A DNA stretch of 64,000 nt. Source: Candidatus Eiseniibacteriota bacterium (GTDB lineage: Bacteria; Eisenbacteria; RBG-16-71-46; CAIMUX01). The position numbers and the translations under genes are program-made. The notes beneath the pieces were generated by a model that did no database searches, had not been told where the DNA came from, and worked only from the letters and a program-made list of their open reading frames with translations. Positions 45,832 to 57,306 of the stretch are shown here, piece by piece (positions within the stretch are counted from its first letter, which is position 1; each line of letters opens with the position of its first letter). The stretch spans positions 223,025 through 287,024 of the forward strand of contig CAWHYG010000004.1 of NCBI GenBank assembly GCA_963833505.1, read 5' to 3'.

Positions 45832-48535
45832 ATGGGTGTCGTCTACCGCGCAGAAGACACCGTGCTGCTGAGGCCAGTTGCGCTCAAGATCATCACCAGC
45901 GGGCTGTCCAATGAACCACGCGGCCGCGCCCGGATCCTGCGTGAGGCGCGGGCGGCAGCCGCGCTCACGCACCCGAACATCTGCACGATCTACGAAGCCG
46001 GTGAGCTTCCGGCAGGCACACCACTTCCCCCCGGTCCCGGAGCCGATGACCCGCCCGGATCTCTCCCGACCGGCGCCCCGTACCTCGCCATGGAGCTGGT
46101 CGAAGGCCAAACCCTCGATGCCCTGATCCGCGAGCGAGGCCCGTTCCCACTCCCCGAGCTCCTTGATATCGCCGTCCAGGTGTCCGAGGGACTCGCGGCC
46201 GCACACGGGCGCGGGATCGTCCACCGCGATCTCAAGCCCGGGAACGTGATGGTTACGGGGGACCGCCGGATCAAGATCCTCGACTTCGGTCTGGCTCGTC
46301 TCCTCGCGCCGCGGCCGGTCGACACGGGCGGCTCCCCGCTTCTCGATGCGGACTCCCGCGACCTCGCCCGCGACGGACAGGTCCTGGGCACCCTTGGCTA
46401 TGTCTCGCCGGAGCGCGCACTGGGGAGGCCGGGAGCTTCCCAGACGGACGTCTTTTCCCTCGGGGTCATGCTCTATGAGATGGCTTCGGGAATGCGTCCC
46501 TTCCGCGGGGAATCCACCACCGCGGTGCTGGCGAAGATCATCGAGGCCGAGCCTCAACCGCTCGTGCAGCTTCGACCCGATCTTCCCCCCCGGCTTGCTG
46601 GCATCATCACCCGTTGCCTGAGGAAGACACCGGAGGAGCGCTACAACGACACGCGCGACCTGGTGGTCGCGCTGGGCGAGATCCGGGAGCGGAGCGTCCG
46701 GCGGAATGAGGTGCTGGAGGTCACGGCCCCGGTGCCGGCGCCCCCGCCACGGCAAGGCCCTGTGCCAAGACAGGGGCCGGCGACGCGCCGGATGCGGCGT
46801 GTCCTGCCGTGGATCGCGGGTACCGTGTTGCTTGGGGCTGCCATCGCCGTCACGTTGGCGCTCTCACACCGTCCTCCGGTGCAGGGCCGTCTCCGGACCT
46901 ACCGCGTCACCGAAACGGCCGACGTCAAGTCCCCGGCGATCTCGCCGGACGGCAACTTCGTTGCCTTTGTTCGAATGCGGCCTGGTCTCGGCGACGCCGC
47001 CTTCGTGCACGATCTGCGAACGGGAAGCGAGCTGGAGGTCTACCGCGGAGGCCTCATTGGGCCGGACCTCGGGTGGGCGCCCGACGGCTCCGAGCTGGCG
47101 CTCACCGTAAACTCACTGACCACGGGAAGATCCCAGACGCTGGTGGTTTCACTCTTGGGCGGACAGCCCAAGATCGTGAGCAACGAGTGTTTGGGCGCCC
47201 TGAGCTGGTCTCCTGACGGGAAACGAATCGTGGGCGCCGACGCGGACGGCCGCCTCGCGATCGTGGACAAAGCCTCTGGCACGCCAACCTACCTGAATAA
47301 CCAGGAGCGGCATACCTGGATCGAGGGAACCGCCTGGTCTCCGCAGGGCCGTCTTGTCCTGCTCCATGCCCGCAATGCGGCCGGGGCCTGGGAAGCATGG
47401 ATTCTGCCTCTCGATGGCCATCGCGAATTCCGCCTCGAGGTCCCGCGCCTGGTCAGCAGCTGCCCCCAATGGTCGCCATTCTGGTAAGGCGATCTACTGG
47501 AGTGCTGATGGAGGTCTTTGGAAGCTACCTGTTGACTCGGAAAGCGGTCGGCCCGCGGGGCAGCCGGTCAAGCTGTCCGAGATAGGGATAGGCGGCAAGA
47601 TCACAGTCTCGCGGGACGCAAAGAAGCTCGCGTATGTGGTCGATGCTCTCGCGGCCGAGCTCATGGTGATCCGTGTCGCCGACGACGGCGTCGCGTCCGC
47701 GCCCGAGGCCTGGTCATCGCAATCCCGCACCAACGTCGCAAGCTCGCCCCGGTACTCCCCCAACGGCACCTCCCTCGCCTTCGTTCGCAACACACCGGTT
47801 GGCGGCCATGGCGCATGCGCGGTGATGATCGCCGATCTCGCGACCCACACAGAGAGGGTCGTCCTGTCTGCGAGCGCGATCACTCAGATCGCATGGTCTC
47901 CCGATGGCTCGGAGATCCTCTGCCTTCTCAACCAGAGAGGCGTTGCTTCCATCCGACGGATCAATGTGGCCACGGCTGCGTCGCAGGGCCCCCTGGCGAT
48001 CGACGCGCACCGGGAAATGGCATGGGCGGCGGGCGGCGGCGTGATCTACCAGCGGTCCGACAGGCGCAATTACACGCGGTTGGATCTGGACACCGGAGTC
48101 GGAAGGCCGCTCCTCGCCGAAGACGAAGTGGCAGTCTGGCAGATTCGCGCCGCCCCCGACGGCCGGTCCATCGCCTTTGCCAGAACTTCGGATCGGGCCT
48201 CCGGGATGTCGGTCTGTGTCGCGTCCATCGCCGACGGTACCGTGCGGGTGCTCTATCCGGGCCGAGCGGCCCCGGTCGGCTGGTCGGCCGATGGACGCCG
48301 GGTGTTCCTGGTGCGGGATGATCCCGACGAGGCGAAGGTCGGGAAGCGGGTTGAAGAGGTCGTGGCCTGTTCCGTCGAAAGCGGCAGGATCGAACCCGTG
48401 GCGCCGTTGCCCGGCATGGATTTCGGCTGGAGCGCGATTGACGTGAGCGCAGATGGCCGTCACATTGCCTATGCGCGAACAAGCACGCTCTCGGACGTAT
48501 GGGTGGCGGAGGATTTCGATCCGGAGGTGCGCTGA
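45832..48535 (+). CDS. Ser/Thr protein kinase with a single TM and a periplasmic TolB-like beta-propeller. It is interrupted by a 1-nt frameshift at a C5 run near 47462 (ORFs 45832..47487 and 47354..48535).
   Basis: The kinase motifs 'HRDLKPGN' and 'DFGLA' are present. The TM is 'VLPWIAGTVLLGAAIAVTLAL'. The motifs 'SPDG..xA', 'WSPDGS' and 'PDGRSIAF' recur across both ORFs. The in-frame region upstream of the ATG still encodes 'RYRICARLGAGG', so the true start is probably a non-ATG codon near 45778-45781 after AAGGGAGG. Confidence 0.7.
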
Positions 48536-48576
48536 GGCCGGTACGACCCTTGCTTCTCTCCTCGCTCGGATGATTC

Positions 48577-50112
48577 ATGAGTCCTCCGGGCCAGGTCGTC
48601 ACTCGGACGCGGGGAGAGCAGGCGGACATGGTCGGGCCGAAGAAAACTCCGGAGTTCCTGGGCCGCTTCCGGTTTCACCGGGGTGCCGGTCGCGGTTCGG
48701 CCGCTCACCAGCGGGGTTTCGAATTCATGATGGGATTGTTCATCCGCCAGGGCCCGGGCAGTGGATCGTTTCTCCCTCTCGAGGCGGGGGAAAGCCCCTA
48801 TGTGCTGGGCCGCTCGCCGGAAGCGACCATCCGGCTTGAAGGCGAGGGCGTCTCGCGCCGGCACGCAGAGATTGCCTATGCTCGCGGCCGCTGGATGGTG
48901 CGTGACCTCGGGAGCCGGAACGGCACCTTTGTGAACTCGCTCCCGGTGCGCGAGAGCGAGCTTTCGCCGCGGGACGTGATTGTCCTGGGAACGATTGAGC
49001 TTCTCGTCGTCCTGCGGGAGCCGGGCACTGAACCTCCCAGGACTCCGAACTGCGAGGACGCATCCGGCACGCTGCCGCTCGCCCTGACGCCGCTCGTCGG
49101 CCTGGTCGGCGAGAGCGGTTCCATGCAGGCCGTGCGTGATGCCATCCGCCGGGTGGCCCCCCTCGACGTGACCGTGGTGCTTCGCGGGGAGTCCGGAACC
49201 GGGAAAGAGCTGGTGGCGAGGGCCATCCATGCAGCGAGCACCCGCCGGGCGGGTCCTTTCGTGACGGTGAACTGCGCGGCCATCCCCGAGGCTCTCGTGG
49301 ACAGCGAGCTCTTCGGTCACGAACGGGGCGCCTTCACCGGCGCGACTTCGGAACGCATGGGTCGATTCGAAGAGGTCTCCGGGGGGACCCTTTTTCTCGA
49401 TGAAGTCGGTGACCTGCCCTTGGCGGTGCAGGCGAGCCTTCTCCGGGTGCTGGAGGACGGCATCCTGAGGCGCGTGGGAGGGAAAAAGGACCTGCGCGTG
49501 GACGTGCGCGTGGTGGCCGCGACGCATCGCGACCTGGAACGGGCCGTCCGCCGGGGCGGGTTCCGGAACGATCTCTACCACCGCCTCAACGTCTTCGAAA
49601 TCGCGATCCCGCCGCTGCGGGATCGGGTCGAGGACCTCCCGCTTCTTGCCGCTCATTTCTTCTCCGGGATCTCGGCCACGATCGGCTGCGCTCCTCTCCG
49701 GCTGTCGGACGAGGCGATGGCGCTCCTCCGTTCCCATCCCTGGCCGGGAAACGTCCGCGAACTTCGAAACGTGCTCGAGCGGGCCGCGATCAGCGCCCGT
49801 TCCGCCGTGATCGGGCCGGGGGATATCCAACTCGCGCCGCTTTCCCTCGCGATCGGGGAGAGTGAGGACCAGGACGCGGACAGCATCCCGGCCGCGAGCG
49901 GGAGCGCCTTCGGCAGCAGAACCGGTGCGAGCCCTCCCCGCGGCGAATCGCTGCCCGAGCATCTCACGCAACGGGAACGCGACATCGTCAGGGCCGCCCT
50001 CGAAGCGTCGCACTGGAACCAGTCGGAGGCCGCCCGCCGGCTGGGCGTCTCGGAGTCGAAGATCCGGAAGTGCATCCGCCAGTACGGGATCGAACGCCCG
50101 GGGACGAAGTAG
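48577..50112 (+). CDS. Sigma-54-dependent transcriptional activator with an N-terminal FHA domain
   Basis: The FHA region reads '[27 protein letters not shown]...[13 protein letters not shown]'. The AAA+ domain carries 'GESGTGKE' and 'GAFTGA', and the C-terminus has a Fis-type HTH. The start may instead be the internal ATG at 48727. Confidence 0.85.
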   Translation: MSPPGQVVTRTRGEQADMVGPKKTPEFLGRFRFHRGAGRGSAAHQRGFEFMMGLFIRQGPGSGSFLPLEAGESPYVLGRSPEATIRLEGEGVSRRHAEIAYARGRWMVRDLGSRNGTFVNSLPVRESELSPRDVIVLGTIELLVVLREPGTEPPRTPNCEDASGTLPLALTPLVGLVGESGSMQAVRDAIRRVAPLDVTVVLRGESGTGKELVARAIHAASTRRAGPFVTVNCAAIPEALVDSELFGHERGAFTGATSERMGRFEEVSGGTLFLDEVGDLPLAVQASLLRVLEDGILRRVGGKKDLRVDVRVVAATHRDLERAVRRGGFRNDLYHRLNVFEIAIPPLRDRVEDLPLLAAHFFSGISATIGCAPLRLSDEAMALLRSHPWPGNVRELRNVLERAAISARSAVIGPGDIQLAPLSLAIGESEDQDADSIPAASGSAFGSRTGASPPRGESLPEHLTQRERDIVRAALEASHWNQSEAARRLGVSESKIRKCIRQYGIERPGTK

Positions 50113-50609
50113 GCGAGGACCGACCGCGCCGCCTGGGGTGACGCGCCGTTCATGCTCGCCCGTGGATCGCGCCCTCTGTCGCACTGGGGCCCTGCAGGCT
50201 CGATGTGACATCTTGTCCGACGTTTGGCCGGGCGCACAGGTCCTCCGGGAAAAAACCTCTCAGACCGACCCTGCCGGTTACGAAAGTCCCATTGAGCCTG
50301 CCCCGGTTCGAAGCTCGCCTGTAAGCCTTCCGGCCCGTCCGATCGTACGACCCATTCGTCCGCCTGGACGAATGGTGCCGGCCAAGCCTGAAAGCAAGCG
50401 AGCCCCCTAACCCGCTCCGTAGCGCCCAACCTCCCTTCATGGTCGGAATCCCGCGCACGACAAGGCGCGGATGCACCGGTTGCCCGCGGCCGTCAGCCGC
50501 ATTCATTCCCTGGCACCCTGATTGCAAACAGAGCGTTCGAACCAGGCCTCCGCGGTACTGGTCACAAGGGTCATCGTTTTTCCAGAGGAGATCGAGAAGG
50601 AGGATGTCC

Positions 50610-53600
50610 ATGAACACGGTAAACAGCCGATCCAAGTTGTACGCCGGCGTTGGAACGCGAGATCCAAACGGCCCTAGACGTTCCGCGGCGCTGTTCCTGT
50701 GTGCGTTCCTGTTGCTGTTCTCCACGCCACATCATTCGGCAGCGTCGCCCTATGCCGTCGGCGTGCGGCTTGATTTTGCCACCGGCACCGCTCCCCATGC
50801 GATGGCGGTCGGAGATCTGGACGGCGACGGCAATACCGACATGGTGGTCGCAAACTACACCTCAAACACCGTGTCGGTCCTGCTCGGCTACGGCACGGGG
50901 AAACTCTCGGCCAGGCGGGACTTCGCCGTCGGAACGACTCCCTGGGGAATCGCGGTCGGGGACGTGAACGGCGACGGGCATCTCGACGTCGTAACCGCGA
51001 ACTACTCGTCCAACACGGTGTCGGTGCTCCTGGGAGACGGCGCGGGCGGATTCTCGCCGAAGCGGGACTTCGCGACCGGAGCGCATCCACTTTCGGTCGC
51101 GATCCGGGACGTCAACGGAGACGGAAGGTCCGACCTGGTTGTGGCCGACTGGAGCGCGAACACGGTTTCGGTGCTGCTGGGCGATGGTCAGGGAGGCTTC
51201 GGGACCAAGACCGACTACGTGACCGGAACCCAGCCTTTCTGGGTCGCGATCGAGGATGTGAGCGGAGACGGCAGGCCGGACCTCGTGGTGGCAAGCCACA
51301 TCTCGAACGCCGTCTCCGTGCTGCTGGCCGACAGCCTGGGAGGCTTCCGTCCCAAGGTCGACTACCCGACCGGGAACGGTCCGTATTGCGTGGCGATCTC
51401 GGACGTGAACAACGACGGAAAGCCCGACCTGGCGGTTGCGAACATCGACGCCAACACGGTGTCCGTGCTTCTGAACACCGGCGGCGGAGTCTTCGGCACG
51501 AAGACCGACTATGCGGCCGGCTCCTCCCCCACCTCGGTCCGAATCGGAGACCTGAACGGCGATGGGAAGGCGGACCTGGTGGCCACGAACGCCGCCTCCA
51601 ACACCGTGTCCGTGTTTCTCGGCAACGGCAACGGCACCTTCGGAACGAAGACCGACTTCACCACAGGAACCGAGCCGCGGGCGGTCGCGCTCTGCGACAT
51701 GAACGGCGACGGCCAGGTCGATCTGGCGTTGGTCGACCGCGCCGCCAACACTGCCTCGGTTCTGCTCGGCAACACCCGGGGCCTCTTCGGGGCGAGCGAC
51801 AGCCTCCGCACCGGGCACAATCCCAGCGCGATGGCTTCCGGCGATCTGAACGGGGATGGGATTCCCGACGTGGCGGTCACCAACGCCGGCTCCAACACGG
51901 TATCGGTCTTCCTCGGCCTGAGCGCGGGCGGGTTCGCGGCAAAGACCGACTTCGCGACCGGGACCCGTCCCATGGGGGTCGCCATCGGGGATGTGAACCT
52001 CGACGGACATCCCGACCTTGCCGTGGCGAACATCAGCTCCAGCACGGTCTCGGTCCTGCTCGGAAACGGCGCGGGCGGGTTCGGGACCAAGACCGATTTC
52101 CCAACCGGATCAGGTCCCAACTCCGTTTCTCTGGTAGACGTCAGCAACGACGGGAAGGCGGACCTGGTGGTGACCAACCAGAACGCAGGCACCGTTTCGG
52201 TTCTCCTCGGCAACGGCAGTGGCGGATTCGGGACGAAAACCGACTTCACGTGCGGAACCTATCCCAATTCCGTCGCCGTCGGCGACCTGAACGGAGACGG
52301 GAATCCGGACCTGTCGGTGGCCAACCTGGGCTCCAACTCGGTGTCGGTTCTCCTCGGCAACGGTGCGGGCGGGTTCGGCACGAAGACCGACTTCACGACG
52401 GGGACGTATCCGCGATCGATCGTGATCGGGGATCTGAACGCCGACACCAGGCTGGACGTCGCGGTGGCGGACTCGGGCTCCAACGCCGTCTCGGTGCTCC
52501 TCGGCAACGGAACGGGCGGGTTCGGCACGAAGACGGACTTCCCGACCGGAGCGGGGCCCCGGTCGATGATCATCGGAGACTTGAACGGGGACGGAAACCT
52601 CGACCTAGCCACGGCGAACCCGAACGCCAGTTCGATTTCGGTGCTACTCGGCAACGGCGCTGGAGCGTTCGGATCTGTGAGCAGCTACCACGCGAACGGC
52701 CCCGCATGTCTCGCTGAATTCGGGGCGTCTTACGACGCTGAAAGCGGACAATGGATCGATTCGAGTGACATTTGTGATCTCCCGTGGGACGAGGACGATG
52801 TCTGCTGGTTTGGGGGGCATAAGCACGTACGGCCGGCACATGGGCACGGCACGCTTCATTGCCCAACCGCCTTTCCCAGCCCACCCAGCCCGGAACTCCT
52901 GGGTGGCCCGCTCCCGTTGACCTTCCAGGTGTGCATGACCGACGTCGGGACCCTCCAGGCCCCGGCCGACTCGGTGCGCTTCTTCGATGGCACGACCCTC
53001 CTCGGCACCTCTCCGGTGAACGTGAACGGGCAGGCCGGTCTGACCCTGCCCGCCCTGTATCTCGGTGAGCGTTCGCTCACCGCCGTCTACACCGGCAGCG
53101 ACTCGCTCTTCGGCTGGATCGCGGCGCCGCAGACGATCCATGTCGTCTCCACCGCCAAGCCGGCGATCACCGGCATCACCGATGTCAGGAACGACCAAGG
53201 CCGACAGGTCCGCCTGACCTTCACGCGAAGCCCGTTCGACATCCTGAATTCGGGCACGCCGATCACGGGCTACCAGGTGTACCGGAGGATCGCGGGAGCG
53301 GAAGGAGGGGGAGGACAAGCGCTGATGACCTTCCCGCCGGCATCGCGCCATGTTCCGAGGCCCTCGGCGCAAGACGTCCAGTGCGCCGGCTGGGACTACG
53401 TCCTGACGGTGCCGGCGACAACCGAGGACATCTACGAGACCGTGGTGCCGACGCTGGCCGATTCGAACTCCTTCGGCATCCACCGGAACACCTTCTTCGT
53501 GCGCGCGGCCACGGCCACCGCCAGCGTCTACTACGATTCGCCGCCCGATTCCGGCTACTCGGTGGACAACCTGCCGCCGCTGCCGCCCGAAAAATTCGGC

Positions 53601-54137
53601 GGCGACTACGCAGGCAACTCCACAATCCTTCATTGGGCCCCGAATCTCGAACCTGATCTGTGGGACTACCATCTCTATCGCGGCAGCACGCCGGACTTCG
53701 TGCCCGGGTCGCAAAACCTGGTCGCGATCTGCGCCGACACCAGCTACGTGGACGCCGGACCGCCGGGGAACTACTACAAACTGTCCGCCATGGATGTAAA
53801 CAGCAACGAGAGCGGTTTCGCGACGACCGGACCCGTCTATCCGTCGAACGCGCCCGGCGGCGGCGCCCTCGTCTTCGCGCTCGACGGGGTGCGGCCCAAT
53901 CCGTCCTTGGGAAAGGATCTGAGGGTGACGTTCTCGCTGCCCGATGCGGCGCCGGCGCGGTTGGAGCTGATCGACCCGGCCGGGCGGCGGGTGGCGGAGC
54001 GCGAAGTCGGGTCCATGGGAGGTGGACGTCACACGGTGGACCTCGCCGCCGGTCGCAGGATGGCCGCGGGGTTCTACCTGGCGCGGTTGACGCGCGGCGG
54101 GAGCGAGCGCGTGGCGAGCGTCGTGGTTCTGAGATAA
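50610..54137 (+). CDS. Giant secreted FG-GAP/VCBS-like repeat protein (about 17 repeats of approximately 57 aa) with Ig-like region(s) and a FlgD-Ig/T9SS-like C-terminal domain
   Basis: ATG at 50610 sits 6 nt after GAAGGAGG. The signal peptide is followed by 'DLNGDGxxDLxVANxxSNTVSVLLGNGxGGFGTKTDFxTG' repeats. The C-terminus reads '...GFYLARLTRGGSERVASVVVLR'. Confidence 0.8.
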   Translation: MNTVNSRSKLYAGVGTRDPNGPRRSAALFLCAFLLLFSTPHHSAASPYAVGVRLDFATGTAPHAMAVGDLDGDGNTDMVVANYTSNTVSVLLGYGTGKLSARRDFAVGTTPWGIAVGDVNGDGHLDVVTANYSSNTVSVLLGDGAGGFSPKRDFATGAHPLSVAIRDVNGDGRSDLVVADWSANTVSVLLGDGQGGFGTKTDYVTGTQPFWVAIEDVSGDGRPDLVVASHISNAVSVLLADSLGGFRPKVDYPTGNGPYCVAISDVNNDGKPDLAVANIDANTVSVLLNTGGGVFGTKTDYAAGSSPTSVRIGDLNGDGKADLVATNAASNTVSVFLGNGNGTFGTKTDFTTGTEPRAVALCDMNGDGQVDLALVDRAANTASVLLGNTRGLFGASDSLRTGHNPSAMASGDLNGDGIPDVAVTNAGSNTVSVFLGLSAGGFAAKTDFATGTRPMGVAIGDVNLDGHPDLAVANISSSTVSVLLGNGAGGFGTKTDFPTGSGPNSVSLVDVSNDGKADLVVTNQNAGTVSVLLGNGSGGFGTKTDFTCGTYPNSVAVGDLNGDGNPDLSVANLGSNSVSVLLGNGAGGFGTKTDFTTGTYPRSIVIGDLNADTRLDVAVADSGSNAVSVLLGNGTGGFGTKTDFPTGAGPRSMIIGDLNGDGNLDLATANPNASSISVLLGNGAGAFGSVSSYHANGPACLAEFGASYDAESGQWIDSSDICDLPWDEDDVCWFGGHKHVRPAHGHGTLHCPTAFPSPPSPELLGGPLPLTFQVCMTDVGTLQAPADSVRFFDGTTLLGTSPVNVNGQAGLTLPALYLGERSLTAVYTGSDSLFGWIAAPQTIHVVSTAKPAITGITDVRNDQGRQVRLTFTRSPFDILNSGTPITGYQVYRRIAGAEGGGGQALMTFPPASRHVPRPSAQDVQCAGWDYVLTVPATTEDIYETVVPTLADSNSFGIHRNTFFVRAATATASVYYDSPPDSGYSVDNLPPLPPEKFGGDYAGNSTILHWAPNLEPDLWDYHLYRGSTPDFVPGSQNLVAICADTSYVDAGPPGNYYKLSAMDVNSNESGFATTGPVYPSNAPGGGALVFALDGVRPNPSLGKDLRVTFSLPDAAPARLELIDPAGRRVAEREVGSMGGGRHTVDLAAGRRMAAGFYLARLTRGGSERVASVVVLR

Positions 54138-54579
54138 CCTGGAACGACCCGGTCAAGGGGTCACGGAGGCCGCTTCCCTGGTTGGGGGGCGGCCTCTTCC
54201 GAGTGAAGGAAACCGCCCCCGATGGCCAACTGCACATCCCGGCCCGAGGTGAACATCCATTCCGGTCCGCACTGCCACTGAGACCTCTTCGCGATTGATT
54301 GGAGAACGTCGTTGCCCGCGGCGCCGTCAGCGTTCGCCTCATCCGAGCCCGCTGTCTCCCGCCAAGTCGGGGACGACCGCGCTCACGGCGTCACCGCGCT
54401 CCACGTTCACGGCGTCCTTGACCCCGCGGTTCCGGTGAGTGATCCTTCGCGGGGCCGCAACGGACATCAAACCGCGCATGCCGCCGCGAACCTTCACGCG
54501 CGGATCCGCGGCGCGCGCCGGCCCATCGGCGACGCAAGCGGAGCCGACCCATCGGCTGCAGGGTTGAGGAGGGGGGACG

Positions 54580-56295
54580 ATGGCACAGCCTCTGAAGCAC
54601 GATGTCCTCATTCTGGGCGCCGGACTCGCGGGACTTCGAGCCGCGGTCGAGATCGCCCGCCAATCCAACGGCAAGATCGATATCGGGATCGTCTCCAAGG
54701 TCCAGCTCATGCGGGCCCATTCGGTCTGCGCCGAAGGGGGCACCGCGGCCATGCTGCGGCCCGAGGAGGGGGACTCGTTCGACCTCCACGCCTGGGACAC
54801 GGTCAAGGGATCGGATTTCCTGGCCGACCAGGACGTGATCCGCCGCTTCGTCCACGCCATGCCCGAGGAGATCCTCCTCCTGGATCACTGGGGCATCCCG
54901 TGGACGCGGGATGCTTCCGGGCGGATCGAGCAGCGCCCCTTCGGCGGCCATTCCTATCCTCGCGCCACGCTGGCCGCGGACAAGACCGGCTTCTTCGAGA
55001 TGCAGACGCTGTACGACACGCTTCTGCGCTACCGCGGCTTCACGCGGTACGACGAGCTCTTCGTCACCGACATCCTCGCCGACGACGGCCGGTTCGCCGG
55101 GCTTCTCGGATTCCACGCCCCGACCGGCGAACGCGTGACCTTGTCGGCCAAGGCGCTGCTCATCGCTTCGGGCGGCGGCGGGACGCTCTACGGCTTCACG
55201 ACCTATTCGCAGACCGTGACCGGCGACGGCATGGCCATGGCCTGGCGCGCCGGACTTCCGCTCGAGGACATGGAGTTCCTGCAGTTTCATCCCACCGGAC
55301 TGGTTCCCTCCGGGATCCTCATGACGGAAGCCTGCCGCGGCGAGGGCGGCTACCTGCGCAACGCCTCCGCCGAGCGTTTCATGACGAAGTACGCCCCTTC
55401 CCTGATGGAGCTGGCCCCGCGCGACATGGTGTCGAGGGCAGAGCAGACCGAGCTTCTCGAAGGACGCGGCATTCCCGGGCCGGACGGGCTTCCCTGCATC
55501 CATCTCGATCTCACCCATCTGGGCGCGGACCGGATCAACAAGCGGCTTCCCCTGATCCGGGAAGTGGCGATCAAGTTCATCGGCGTGGATCCGATCCAAC
55601 AGCCGATTCCGATCCGGCCGGTGGCGCATTACTCCATGGGCGGGATCGAGACGGACATCGACGGCAAGACCCGGGTCGGAGGGATCTGGGCGGCGGGTGA
55701 AGCCGCCTGCGTCTCGCTGCACGGAGCCAACCGGCTCGGCTCCAATTCGACGGCGGAATGCCTGGTCTGGGGCGGGATCACCGGCGGACGCATCGTGGCC
55801 GAGCTCGGCAAGCTGCCGTCGCCCCCGCCGATTCCGGCCGCGAAGGAGAAGGCGGCCTCCGACCATATCACGCAGATCCTGGCCCGCCAGGGCAAGGAGA
55901 ACCTCTACGACCTCCGGCGCGAGCTCCGGGCCACCATGGACACGGAGGTCGGCGTCTTCCGCACCGGCGAGGGGCTGGCGCGGGCGCTCGAGACGATCCG
56001 CTCGATCCGCCGGCGGATGGCGCAAGCCCCGGTGCAGGACAAGAGCGCTTTGTACAACTCGAACCTGATCCATGCCCTCGAGCTGGAGAACCTGGTCGAT
56101 CTGGCCGAGGTGACGGTGGCGGGCGCGCTGGCGCGGCAGGAGTCGCGCGGGGCCCACGCCCGTCGCGACTTCGCGAAGCGCGACGATGAGAAGTGGCTGC
56201 AACACACCCTGGCCTTCTGGACCGGCGCGGAACCGAGATTCGACCACAAGCCGGTCACGATCGACACCTGGGTGCCGGTCGAGCGGAAGTACTGA
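54580..56295 (+). CDS. sdhA: Succinate dehydrogenase/fumarate reductase flavoprotein subunit
   Basis: 571 aa with 'DVLILGAGLAGLRAA' FAD binding and the 'RAHSVCAEGG' covalent-FAD His region. Confidence 0.9.
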   Translation: MAQPLKHDVLILGAGLAGLRAAVEIARQSNGKIDIGIVSKVQLMRAHSVCAEGGTAAMLRPEEGDSFDLHAWDTVKGSDFLADQDVIRRFVHAMPEEILLLDHWGIPWTRDASGRIEQRPFGGHSYPRATLAADKTGFFEMQTLYDTLLRYRGFTRYDELFVTDILADDGRFAGLLGFHAPTGERVTLSAKALLIASGGGGTLYGFTTYSQTVTGDGMAMAWRAGLPLEDMEFLQFHPTGLVPSGILMTEACRGEGGYLRNASAERFMTKYAPSLMELAPRDMVSRAEQTELLEGRGIPGPDGLPCIHLDLTHLGADRINKRLPLIREVAIKFIGVDPIQQPIPIRPVAHYSMGGIETDIDGKTRVGGIWAAGEAACVSLHGANRLGSNSTAECLVWGGITGGRIVAELGKLPSPPPIPAAKEKAASDHITQILARQGKENLYDLRRELRATMDTEVGVFRTGEGLARALETIRSIRRRMAQAPVQDKSALYNSNLIHALELENLVDLAEVTVAGALARQESRGAHARRDFAKRDDEKWLQHTLAFWTGAEPRFDHKPVTIDTWVPVERKY

Positions 56296-56311
56296 GGCGA
56301 AGGAGGCTTTG

Positions 56312-56779
56312 ATGAGATCGGAATCGGGCTATGCGGGTCCGCTCTCCGGCCGGGGAGGCCGGCCCAATCGCCTGGGCCTGGCCGGCTGGCTGGCCGGCGG
56401 CCGCTGGGGACCGGAGAGATACTTGTACACCCTCCATCGGGTGACCGGTCTGGGCATCCTTCTTTACTTCGTGCTTCACATCTTCGTCACCAGCTCGCGC
56501 GTCTTCGGACAGGCCGCCTGGGAGCGTGCGATGACCCAGGTCGGAGGCCCGATCTTCAAGATCGGCGAATACCTGGTCTTTGCGGCTTTCTGCTACCACG
56601 CGCTCAACGGAATCCGCCTGGTCACGGTCGAGCTGGGCTTCGGGATCGGCCCGCCGATCGAGCCGGTCTATCCCTATCGCACGTCGGTGGGCCGGCAGCG
56701 ACCCCTGGCGGTCATCGCCATGATCCTGGCCGCCGCGGCGGTCGTCCTGGGCGGAGCGGACTTCTTTGTCCTTCACTGA
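56312..56779 (+). CDS. Succinate dehydrogenase/fumarate reductase cytochrome b-type membrane subunit (SdhC-like)
   Basis: 155 aa with three TM helices and conserved His residues. ATG at 56312 after AGGAGG. Confidence 0.55.
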   Translation: MRSESGYAGPLSGRGGRPNRLGLAGWLAGGRWGPERYLYTLHRVTGLGILLYFVLHIFVTSSRVFGQAAWERAMTQVGGPIFKIGEYLVFAAFCYHALNGIRLVTVELGFGIGPPIEPVYPYRTSVGRQRPLAVIAMILAAAAVVLGGADFFVLH

Positions 56780-56859
56780 GCGGAGTCTTTGGGTCGGCTA
56801 TGGGCCCGCCCGCGCCTTTCGCGGCCCGGCCGAAGCCGATCGAGCAGGAGAGCACGGAC

Positions 56860-57306
56860 ATGCGTGATCAATCCCTCTGGACCTGGCATCTGGCGGCGGG
56901 CGCGGTCATCCTCGTCCTCCTCGGGTTGCACATGGTCAATATGCACCTGGAGGCGATCTTCCACGTTCTCAACCCGGCCGGCGGCCATCCCACCGACTGG
57001 GCCAACGTGGTGGCCCGGGCCCGGCACGCCGCCTTCATGGTCATCTACATCCTGCTTCTCGGCAGCGCGCTCTATCACGGCTTCTACGGCCTCCGGAACA
57101 TCCTCTTCGAGCTGAACCCCGGGGCCGGGCTTCGCACCGCCATTACGGGAGTGCTCGTGGTCGGCGGGATCGGCCTGTTCGTCCTGGGGACGTGGGCCGC
57201 CATCGAAGGATTCCAGCACGCCCAGATCGCCCAGGCGTTTTCGGCTTCTCCGGCCGCCCGGGCGTTCGCGCCGTGGTTGCTGATCGGACGCAGGGGGAAC
57301 GCATGA
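56860..57306 (+). CDS. Succinate dehydrogenase/fumarate reductase membrane anchor subunit (SdhD-like)
   Basis: Three TM helices. Its stop overlaps the sdhB start as ATGA. Confidence 0.5.
   Translation: MRDQSLWTWHLAAGAVILVLLGLHMVNMHLEAIFHVLNPAGGHPTDWANVVARARHAAFMVIYILLLGSALYHGFYGLRNILFELNPGAGLRTAITGVLVVGGIGLFVLGTWAAIEGFQHAQIAQAFSASPAARAFAPWLLIGRRGNA

Noticed and set aside
54391-56247. 618-aa - strand ORF
   Set aside because: Antisense to sdhA.
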